A stretch of DNA of 41,055 nt from an uncultured Weeksellaceae bacterium (GTDB lineage: Bacteria > Bacteroidota > Bacteroidia > Flavobacteriales > BACL11): NCBI GenBank assembly GCA_964478325.1, contig CAYZIA010000002.1, positions 1 to 41,055 of the forward strand, in the 5' to 3' direction. The position numbers were made by a program, and so were the translations under genes. This document shows positions 16,733 through 24,151 of this stretch, piece after piece (position 1 is the first letter of the stretch; each line of letters opens with the position of its first letter). The notes under the pieces were generated by a model. The model was not told the origin of the DNA. It saw nothing but the letters and a program-made list of their open reading frames with translations, and ran no database searches.

Positions 16733-17906
16733 ATTCACTAGTTGCTAAAAAAGCCATTAGACCCATTCCTATTTCTAACGATTTTTCATCAATATCAAAA
16801 CTAGAAGTATGCAAGCCATGAATAATTCCCTTTTCTTTATTTGCAGTTCCTAATCTGTAAAAACAAGAGGGGACTTCTTTGGTGTAATAGGAAAAATCTT
16901 CTGCGGTCATTCTAATTGGCAAAAGAATTACATTCTCCTCACCTAAATACTTTTTTGCTAATTTAATTGCCTTATTAGTAAGTTGAATATCATTTTCTAA
17001 AAAAGGATACCCTTTTAATATCTCAAAATCAATTTCTATATTATATCTCTTGGACAATTTTTCAGCAACATTTAACATTTTATCATGCGCATTCTCTCGC
17101 CAATTTTCATCCATTGCACGAAATGTCCCCATCATTTTTACTTTATTCGGAACAACATTGGTAGACCCATTACCTTCAATAAATCCAATAGAAAAAACAG
17201 AAGGAATTTCCTTCTCTTTATCAAAATAATCATATAAATCTGAAATCAGTCTACTAGCAACTTTTATGGGGTTTTTATTCTTCTCAGGAAGTGCAGCATG
17301 TCCTCCTTTTCCGTTTATTGTAATATGCAATTCATCAGTAGATGCCATATACATTCCAGCTTTAAACCCCACCTGTCCTACTTCTAAGTCAGGAAAAACA
17401 TGCTGACCGAACATAGTATGTACTTTAGGATTTTCCAATACACCCTCTGCTATCATCTGCTTTGCGCCCCCAGGCAAACGTTCTTCTGCTGGCTGAAAAA
17501 TAAATTTTATATTTCCCTCCCATTCGGACTTAATTGCATCTAATATTCTAATGGTGCCCAATAATGAAGCAGTATGTGCATCGTGTCCGCATGCATGCAT
17601 TACTCCACTATTTTTGGAACAATATTCCACCTTGTTCTGTTCTTGTATAGGCAAAGCGTCAAAATCGGCCCTAAGGGCAGTACAACTTTTCTCAGGATTT
17701 TTTCCTTTTAATAATACCACAATTCCTGTTTCTGCAATACCATCATAAAAAGGAATATTCCAATTTAAAAGAACAGATTTTATGTATCTGGAAGTTTTAA
17801 GCTCTTGAAAGGAAATTTCAGGATGCATGTGCAAATACCTCCTAATCTCAATAATTTCAGGCAACAATTCTGCCGATAGTTCTTGTATCTTTTCTTTCAA
17901 ACTCAT
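16725..17906 (-). CDS. M20 family amidohydrolase (N-acyl-L-amino acid amidohydrolase / hippurate hydrolase-like)
   Basis: Motifs are RRYLHMHPEISFQE, LRADFDALP and HACGHDAH. This is the typical M20D layout. Confidence 0.9.
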   Translation of the reverse strand: MSLKEKIQELSAELLPEIIEIRRYLHMHPEISFQELKTSRYIKSVLLNWNIPFYDGIAETGIVVLLKGKNPEKSCTALRADFDALPIQEQNKVEYCSKNSGVMHACGHDAHTASLLGTIRILDAIKSEWEGNIKFIFQPAEERLPGGAKQMIAEGVLENPKVHTMFGQHVFPDLEVGQVGFKAGMYMASTDELHITINGKGGHAALPEKNKNPIKVASRLISDLYDYFDKEKEIPSVFSIGFIEGNGSTNVVPNKVKMMGTFRAMDENWRENAHDKMLNVAEKLSKRYNIEIDFEILKGYPFLENDIQLTNKAIKLAKKYLGEENVILLPIRMTAEDFSYYTKEVPSCFYRLGTANKEKGIIHGLHTSSFDIDEKSLEIGMGLMAFLATSESS

Positions 17907-18271
17907 TTTCCAAAAATCATTTTTATCGCAGCTACAAGTAATATAGCTCCAAAAATCTTTTTAAGTACAGTGGATGAAAGACTTATTGCAAATTTTGACC
18001 CAAAATACCCTCCAATAATAAAAGTAGTTGCAATAATTAATGCAAATTTCCACTCCACAAAACCTGCTTTATAATAGTTCATAGCGGCTAGAATCCCGAT
18101 GGGCGGTAGCATTACTGCCAAAGATGTTCCTTGTGCAGAATGTTGCGAAATCCCTAAAAAGAAAATCAGCATTGGAATCATTAAGAGGCCTCCACCAATA
18201 CCTACAATTCCGCTTATAACCCCTGCCAATAAACCAATTAAAATAAGAATAAGTATCGTACTAATAGTCAT
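17903..18271 (-). CDS. Half-size TauE/SafE (TSUP/DUF81) family membrane protein, 122 aa
   Basis: Four predicted TM helices and the motif GIVGIGGGLLMIPML. I start it at ATG 18271 (MTISTIL...). The track's 55-codon N-terminal extension would overlap the end of the upstream gene. Confidence 0.75.
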   Translation of the reverse strand: MTISTILILILIGLLAGVISGIVGIGGGLLMIPMLIFFLGISQHSAQGTSLAVMLPPIGILAAMNYYKAGFVEWKFALIIATTFIIGGYFGSKFAISLSSTVLKKIFGAILLVAAIKMIFGK

Positions 18272-18281
18272 ATATATTTTT

Positions 18282-21200
18282 TTAGAAATCAAGCCCCAAA
18301 GATATGTATAAAATACTTGGCAACACATAGCTATCCTCAACTCCCCAAGCCCAATCTGCACGCAAAAAATAACCAAATAATCTGCTTCTAGCTCCAAAAC
18401 CAAATCCGCCAACAAAAGGATTCTTCTGATTATCAATTGTAATAGTTATAGGGCCATTCTCAATTACTTCATAGTTTATTTGGTTATCTTTGGAAAAAGG
18501 AGTCAGCCCATTCCAAGCAGTCCCAAAATCAGCAAAGGTTACTATTTGGAAATTATTGATAAAATCAGAAGTAATTGGGCGCCTTAGAATATATTTGAAA
18601 AGCGGAACTCTAAACTCAGTATTTATTACAAAAAAGCTGTTTCCATTTCTTACATTTTGATAAAATCCTCTCATATTCGTCGCTAGGGTTTGGTAGCTAT
18701 AATTTTCATTCTCCGCAACATCAGTTTCTTTGTTAAAATTTGGCATAAGCCAAGCATCAATCCCTCCCATATAATAAAGTAACTTCTGATTTCCAAATGA
18801 TGTGCTTGCTGCAATTCTGTTTGCCCAAATAATAGAATGACTCACTTTCTTATAATTTCTCGCATCTAACCCTAGAATAATCATGTTAGTTCTCACATCT
18901 TCCAAAAGGCGATAATATTCTGTAAAAATCTTGTATCTACCTCCATTATAAAGGTTTAATCCTTTATTAATTGTGTTATCGAAAACCACCTCATTTCTAA
19001 AAGTTATCCAATTACTATAAGTATTTTCTTTTGCTAAATTAAGAATATCAGTTGCCATAAAAACCGTTTTATCATTTCTAAAACTAACAGAACTTCTTGT
19101 ACTAAACACCTCATCAAAAGGCCAATTGAATACCCCTCTCAATTCATAAGAATAAATTTTCTGCAGAGCATTATTTCGTAGCATATTTATACTTTGGCTA
19201 GAAAATATATAAGATTTATCCAAACGATATTTATTATCTAGAAAACTAAGCATATAGCCATTACTTTTCAAATCATCAGAAAGACGCACGCCACCAATTA
19301 TTTTGTAGTTTTCAAACAAATCAGCCGTTCCCACTTTTATTAAAGCATCAAAATCAGGATTTAAAAAGAGTGGTGTTTTGTAGTTGGTGTAGGGCTGATA
19401 AGATTCTGTAATATAAGAATTATCAAACTGACTCACTACATAATCAGTAGTAAACGAAATGAAATAATTGCGTGCTTTTGGTAATTTAAGTGTTTTTCTG
19501 TTATCTATAGAATAAGTATTTACTTTGTTGTTTAATCGATCTAGTATTTCCTTAAAATTTCCAAACTGATAATTCTCAATATCAATCTTATTCACTTTCC
19601 ACAAAGAGTCTATAGTAATCTTTTTTAGCTCAGATTTGTTGTGTATTTTGTTTTTTTTTAGTTGTAAAAAGTAGGAATCTGTTAAATTAATTTCTGGTCT
19701 TTTAATCTTTCTGGTTAACTTCTTATCATAAATAGTATAGTTACCATTTAAATAAAGAACCTCCAGCAAATGCCCAGCTTTTGGTTTGAAATCATAACAA
19801 ATTATATCTCGATTGTAATTGGTAAGAGGCGAAATGAAAAGATTCTTCTGATAAAAGATATTCGTATCGGTATCAACTTTTGTACTATCTATTTTCACCA
19901 TAAAACGATTATTGACACCATTTGTATTCGCCAAAAACGAATACAAATTATCCTTTATTGGCTTGGGTTGTAATTCATGAATCTCAGGTGTAACTGTAAG
20001 ACGTAAAAGTTTTGAACTTTCCGTTTTATAGTTATACAAAAACAAATCATTGTTTTTTGTATATGTTGAGATATCATCATTTGCATATAAAACATCTCTT
20101 TTTCTATTGGAACTGAAAATAATAAATTCATTATTTAGTGAGAAGGTAGGATCTAAATCTAAAAATTTATCATTGGTGATATTAGTAAGTTTCTGCCCCA
20201 CTACCTCAAAGGTAAAAATGTCGGTTTGGTTTTGTCGAACGGCAGAAAAAAGCAAAACTTTTCCTTTCTTATCATATTCCATACTTAGTACTTTTTGCAA
20301 ATGTTGCAGCTCAAATGTAGTTGTTTCGCCTTTGGGAATATCATAATAGTTAATTTGAATCTTTCCTTTTTTTTCTGTTATAAAAGCTAACTTTTTACCT
20401 TTTGGTTCCCATGCAATTACAGGCACTGTAAAATCAGTAATTCTATCTAATTTATGCCCAACAGAGATAATCTTTTTTTGCTTTCTAGTTTTTAAATCGT
20501 AAAGCCAAATCTTATATTTTCCCATTTCATTGCTTACAAAAGCCATTTTCCTGCCATTTGGACTTATTTCTATTTGAGTAATCTTCTCTTGATCTTTTAT
20601 TTTTATTGGTAAAGAATTGGAAGAAGGATATATTCCGGTTACATCTGTCTGAAAATAATAATCAAGCCATTCCTTATTGATAGTGTTTACTGATTTGCCT
20701 AATACAGACTGAAAACCATTTTCAATATTCCTGCTTAAACGAATCATATACAAAATTTCGGCAACTGTCGAATTTCCATAAGTATTACTGATATAATGCC
20801 AAATTGAATAGCCCGCAAGCACAGCATCATCTTTTTCCAAATGATTAAAGTTCTTAAACTTCCCTGTGCCGATTTTATCTTTTACTAAATTTTCCATCTT
20901 CATATTCCAAGGATCGGCCATGAAAACTACTAATCCATCTACAAACCAATCCGGCAAATTCAACAAGGTAGAATTAGTAAAAGCATCTGCCATATTACCG
21001 CCATACATCATTTCATTTAGGAGAATCTTCGTCACTCCAGCTGCAATCTGAGTGTTAAGATAATTATAATCTCCATCAAAATAAAGTAAAACCTTACTAT
21101 CTACTATTTGAGTTTTTCCACCAATATTATAATCATCATGCTGATTATAGCCAAGATTGCTTTGCTTAAAATCAGAAAAAGAATTATAAATAACAAACTG

Positions 21201-21461
21201 TATTCTTTTTTCAAAATTAAAAAGAAGTTGCTTTTCAATTTTTTGTAATTGAATATGAGCAGTTGTGGCAGTATATTCCGCTAAAGGCTTTCCTCCCCTA
21301 TAATAATAAGTATCAAATTCTTGAAACTGATAACTTGTCCAATTGAATTCTTTGTATTGCACCCTGCTTTTACCAAAAGTAGTTTGCAGACCATAATAGA
21401 ATTGTGCTTCTGACAGAAATGGCAAAAAAATAAAAATGAATATAATGAAAAAGAATCTCAT
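18282..21461 (-). CDS. Large outer-membrane protein: N-terminal domain, PD40/TolB-like beta-propeller repeats and a C-terminal Omp85 (bacterial surface antigen) type barrel
   Basis: Signal peptide ...FLSEA|Q. PD40-like repeats include ISPNGRKMAFVSNEMGKYKIWLYDL and WEPKGKKLAFITEKKGK. The C-terminus has Omp85-barrel-like blocks (MRGFYQNVRNGNSFFVINTEFRVPLF, FADFGTAWNG, GFGFGARSRLFGYFLRADWAW) and ends LGLDF. Confidence 0.7.
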   Translation of the reverse strand: MRFFFIIFIFIFLPFLSEAQFYYGLQTTFGKSRVQYKEFNWTSYQFQEFDTYYYRGGKPLAEYTATTAHIQLQKIEKQLLFNFEKRIQFVIYNSFSDFKQSNLGYNQHDDYNIGGKTQIVDSKVLLYFDGDYNYLNTQIAAGVTKILLNEMMYGGNMADAFTNSTLLNLPDWFVDGLVVFMADPWNMKMENLVKDKIGTGKFKNFNHLEKDDAVLAGYSIWHYISNTYGNSTVAEILYMIRLSRNIENGFQSVLGKSVNTINKEWLDYYFQTDVTGIYPSSNSLPIKIKDQEKITQIEISPNGRKMAFVSNEMGKYKIWLYDLKTRKQKKIISVGHKLDRITDFTVPVIAWEPKGKKLAFITEKKGKIQINYYDIPKGETTTFELQHLQKVLSMEYDKKGKVLLFSAVRQNQTDIFTFEVVGQKLTNITNDKFLDLDPTFSLNNEFIIFSSNRKRDVLYANDDISTYTKNNDLFLYNYKTESSKLLRLTVTPEIHELQPKPIKDNLYSFLANTNGVNNRFMVKIDSTKVDTDTNIFYQKNLFISPLTNYNRDIICYDFKPKAGHLLEVLYLNGNYTIYDKKLTRKIKRPEINLTDSYFLQLKKNKIHNKSELKKITIDSLWKVNKIDIENYQFGNFKEILDRLNNKVNTYSIDNRKTLKLPKARNYFISFTTDYVVSQFDNSYITESYQPYTNYKTPLFLNPDFDALIKVGTADLFENYKIIGGVRLSDDLKSNGYMLSFLDNKYRLDKSYIFSSQSINMLRNNALQKIYSYELRGVFNWPFDEVFSTRSSVSFRNDKTVFMATDILNLAKENTYSNWITFRNEVVFDNTINKGLNLYNGGRYKIFTEYYRLLEDVRTNMIILGLDARNYKKVSHSIIWANRIAASTSFGNQKLLYYMGGIDAWLMPNFNKETDVAENENYSYQTLATNMRGFYQNVRNGNSFFVINTEFRVPLFKYILRRPITSDFINNFQIVTFADFGTAWNGLTPFSKDNQINYEVIENGPITITIDNQKNPFVGGFGFGARSRLFGYFLRADWAWGVEDSYVLPSILYISLGLDF

Positions 21462-21502
21462 TCTCTTTTAAGAATGTAAAGATACTAAAGTAAAAGAAAG
21501 GC

Positions 21503-21510
21503 TATATTTG
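21503..21510 (+). promoter_or_regulatory. Candidate -7 promoter box (TATATTTG) for the MBL-fold hydrolase gene
   Basis: Exact TAnnTTTG, 18 nt upstream of ATG 21529. It overlaps the ORF track's TTG start at 21508, which argues against that start. Confidence 0.4.
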
Positions 21511-21528
21511 TATTTAAGATTTTGCGAA

Positions 21529-22167
21529 ATGAAAATAAAAAGATTTGTTTTTAATCCTTTTCAAGAGAATACTTTTGTCCTTTATGATGAAAGCAAGGAG
21601 TGTATAATTATTGATCCCGGATGTTATGAAAAAGAAGAGCAAGTAAAATTAGAAAAATTTATATCTAAAAATAAACTAAATCCAGTTGCTCTATTAAATA
21701 CACATTGTCATATTGACCATATTTTGGGTAACCAATTTGTTGCTAATAAATGGGGAATAGAATTACAAATGCATAAAAAAGATTTACTTCTTTTAGAAAA
21801 TGCTGGAGCAGTTAGTGAAATGTATGGTCTTGAGAATTATTCTGGTTCGCCATATCCTAAGTATTTTCTAGAAGATGGCGATATTATTTCTTTTGGAGAG
21901 AGTAAACTAGAAGTACTATTCACCCCAGGACATTCTCCAGGACATATTTGCTTTTATAGTAAAAAAAATAACTTTATAATTAGTGGAGATGTTATTTTTC
22001 AAATGAGCATTGGCAGGACAGATTTGCCTTTTGGAGACTATGATGTTTTGATAAAAAGCATTACCGAAAAAATATTTCCTCTTCCTGGGGAAGTCCAAAT
22101 TTATTGTGGTCACGGACCAACTACTGTACTAAGTTATGAAAAAGAACACAATCCTTTCTTGCAATAA
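21529..22167 (+). CDS. MBL-fold metallo-hydrolase (glyoxalase II-like)
   Basis: Metal-binding motif HCHIDH, plus TPGHSPGH and a C-terminal GHG. Confidence 0.88.
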   Translation: MKIKRFVFNPFQENTFVLYDESKECIIIDPGCYEKEEQVKLEKFISKNKLNPVALLNTHCHIDHILGNQFVANKWGIELQMHKKDLLLLENAGAVSEMYGLENYSGSPYPKYFLEDGDIISFGESKLEVLFTPGHSPGHICFYSKKNNFIISGDVIFQMSIGRTDLPFGDYDVLIKSITEKIFPLPGEVQIYCGHGPTTVLSYEKEHNPFLQ

Positions 22168-22174
22168 TTCTTTT

Positions 22175-22927
22175 TTAGAGTCTTCGCCTTAATCTTTTAA
22201 AAAGTTCTGATGCAAAAACAAAGTCATTCAATTCTTGATTCTCACTGATCATTAAATCCTCTTTATTCCCTTTCCACCAAACTTTCCCTTCATAAATAAA
22301 GGCAATCTTATCTCCAATTTCCATTACCGAATTCATGTCATGGGAATTCACAATAGTCGTAATATTGTATTCTTGGGTAATTTCCTGAATCAAATTATCA
22401 ATCAGAATAGCGGTTTTAGGATCGAGCCCTGAATTTGGCTCATCACAAAGTAAATATTTTGGATTTAGTGCTATTGCCCTTGCAATAGCAACTCTTTTTT
22501 TCATTCCACCACTAAGTTCTGATGGTAGCAAACTATTTGTATTTTCCAAGTTTACTCTTTTTAGGCAAAAATTTACTCTATCCAAATTTTCTTCTTCAGA
22601 TTTTTCAGAAAACATATTTAAGGGAAACATTACGTTTCCTTCCACATTCATATAATCAAAAAGCGCTCCACCTTGAAAAAGCATGCCAATTTCTTTTCTT
22701 AATTTTTTTTGCTGTAAAAAATTCATCTCTGTAAAATTACGTTCATTGTATTTTATTACTCCGCTATCTGCTTTATGAAGGCCAATCATTATCTTTAATA
22801 ATGTTGTTTTTCCTGAACCACTTTCTCCAATTATTAAATTCGTTTTCCCTGGCTCAAATACAAATGAAACATCCTTTAAAACACGATTGTCTTCAAAATA
22901 TTTATTTATATTATTTACAGATATCAT
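22175..22927 (-). CDS. ABC transporter ATP-binding protein (MlaF-like)
   Basis: Motifs are GESGSGKTT, LSGGMKKRVAIARA and LLCDEPNSGLDP. It overlaps the upstream MlaE-like permease gene by 4 nt. Confidence 0.88.
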   Translation of the reverse strand: MISVNNINKYFEDNRVLKDVSFVFEPGKTNLIIGESGSGKTTLLKIMIGLHKADSGVIKYNERNFTEMNFLQQKKLRKEIGMLFQGGALFDYMNVEGNVMFPLNMFSEKSEEENLDRVNFCLKRVNLENTNSLLPSELSGGMKKRVAIARAIALNPKYLLCDEPNSGLDPKTAILIDNLIQEITQEYNITTIVNSHDMNSVMEIGDKIAFIYEGKVWWKGNKEDLMISENQELNDFVFASELFKRLRRRL

Positions 22928-23664
22928 GCCAATAAAAGTTGAGTAAGAATAAAATTGAAGATTAGTACAACTACACTACTATATACTACAGCTTTTGTGC
23001 TAGAAACACCAACCTCCAAAGCTCCTCCTTTAGTGTAATAACCATAAAAGGAAGAAACAGACGTAATTATAAAAGCAAAAACTATAGTTTTTGTAAGTGC
23101 ATAAGTAACATAAAAAGGATTAAAACCATATTTGAGTCCATAAAGAAAATCGGCTGTAGTAACATCTACCGACATAGTACCAAGCCAGCCGCCGAACATT
23201 CCTATTCCCATACTAATAATTACCAGAAAAGGGAAGAAGAACATAGAAGCAATAATCTTAGGAAGAATTAAAAAACTGGCGGAATTTACACCCATAATTT
23301 CCAATGCATCAATTTGTTCTGTTACACGCATACTCCCAATCTCAGATGCTATATTTGAACCCACTTTACCTGCCAGAATAAGGCAAAGTAGTGTTGGCGA
23401 GAACTCCAAGATCAAGGAATCTCTTGTTGCTAAACCAACTAGATATCTAGGTAAAAGAGGGTTAAAAAGGTTGAAAGCCGTTTGAATAGTAACAACTGCT
23501 CCAACAAAAAGGGAAATAATAATTACAATTCCTAAGGAGTTCAGACCAATCTTTTCAATTTCTAATACAATCTGCTTTAAAAAAATTGCTCGTCTTTCAG
23601 GGAGGCTGAAAACCCTACGCAACATTAGAAAATACTTCCCTATGGTTTTTAAAATAGTATACAT
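22924..23664 (-). CDS. MlaE family ABC transporter permease
   Basis: 246 aa, multi-TM protein with MRVTEQIDALEIMG, a motif characteristic of MlaE/Ttg2B permeases. Confidence 0.85.
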   Translation of the reverse strand: MYTILKTIGKYFLMLRRVFSLPERRAIFLKQIVLEIEKIGLNSLGIVIIISLFVGAVVTIQTAFNLFNPLLPRYLVGLATRDSLILEFSPTLLCLILAGKVGSNIASEIGSMRVTEQIDALEIMGVNSASFLILPKIIASMFFFPFLVIISMGIGMFGGWLGTMSVDVTTADFLYGLKYGFNPFYVTYALTKTIVFAFIITSVSSFYGYYTKGGALEVGVSSTKAVVYSSVVVLIFNFILTQLLLA

Positions 23665-23723
23665 TGAATATAAAAGTATATATAATTTATGTAATAAGTG
23701 CCCAAACTATTACTGCTTTTATT

Positions 23724-23731
23724 TATTTTTG
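23724..23731 (+). promoter_or_regulatory. Candidate -7 promoter box (TATTTTTG) upstream of the small ORF and feoAB
   Basis: Exact TAnnTTTG, 10 nt upstream of ATG 23742. Confidence 0.35.
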
Positions 23732-23741
23732 AATTTACATA

Positions 23742-23873
23742 ATGAATAAAGCGAAGCTCATATTGTTATTTTTATTGCTTTCTGTTTTGATAACTTCCTG
23801 TTTTTTAAGCAAAATCAATTCATGCGATTGTCCTAATTTCTCAGACAAAACAGAGCACAAACATAACACTTAA
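23742..23873 (+). CDS. Possible 43-aa lipoprotein-like small ORF upstream of feoA (MNKAKLILLFLLLSVLITSCFLSKINSCDCPNFSDKTEHKHNT)
   Basis: Not in the ORF track because it is too short. It has a signal-peptide-like N-terminus with a Cys after the hydrophobic core and a Cys/His-containing tail. There is no homology evidence. Confidence 0.3.
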   Translation: MNKAKLILLFLLLSVLITSCFLSKINSCDCPNFSDKTEHKHNT

Positions 23874-23892
23874 ATTTCTTTGAATTACTTAT

Positions 23893-23909
23893 TTTAGAGT
23901 CATTCTAAA
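23893..23909. promoter_or_regulatory. Inverted repeat TTTAGA-N5-TCTAAA immediately upstream of the feoA -7 box (possible repressor operator)
   Basis: The 6-bp arms are perfectly complementary. It lies between where a -33 element would fall and the -7 box at 23914-23921. Confidence 0.3.
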
Positions 23910-23913
23910 TAAC

Positions 23914-23921
23914 TAGATTTG
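23914..23921 (+). promoter_or_regulatory. Candidate -7 promoter box (TAGATTTG) only 4 nt before the feoA ATG
   Basis: Exact TAnnTTTG. The spacing implies a leaderless or near-leaderless feoA mRNA. Confidence 0.4.
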
Positions 23922-23925
23922 CCAA

Positions 23926-24150
23926 ATGCAAAAACTATCTGATATAACTATTGGGGAAGAATATATTGTTAAATCAATAAATGATGATGAATTAGCGCAA
24001 AAGCTTTTAGAAATGGGTTGTACTCCTGAAGAAAAAATTATAGTTGAAAGAAAAGCTCCTTTTGATGATCCTATCGCTATTATAGTTTCTGGGTTTATGT
24101 TAAGCATACGAAAAAAAGATGCCGAGAAAATAATTGTAAAAAAGTCGTAA
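23926..24150 (+). CDS. feoA: Ferrous iron transport protein A
   Basis: 74 aa, SH3-like FeoA pattern (GEEYIVKSINDD...LLEMGCTPEEKI). It sits directly upstream of feoB. Confidence 0.9.
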   Translation: MQKLSDITIGEEYIVKSINDDELAQKLLEMGCTPEEKIIVERKAPFDDPIAIIVSGFMLSIRKKDAEKIIVKKS

Positions 24151-24151
24151 G

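Noticed and set aside
18272-18436. 55-codon N-terminal extension of the TauE-family ORF given by the track (start 18436)
   Set aside because: The extension overlaps the last roughly 50 codons of the Omp85-like gene in another frame and has no TM or conserved character. ATG 18271 gives a clean 4-TM protein that starts 10 nt after the upstream stop.
17551-21051. ORF-track entries 17551..17748, 17883..18074, 18099..18311, 19770..19973, 20050..20346 and 20866..21051 (all +), antisense to the M20, TauE and Omp85-like genes
   Set aside because: They are shadow ORFs opposite a continuous minus-strand operon, with low-complexity translations.
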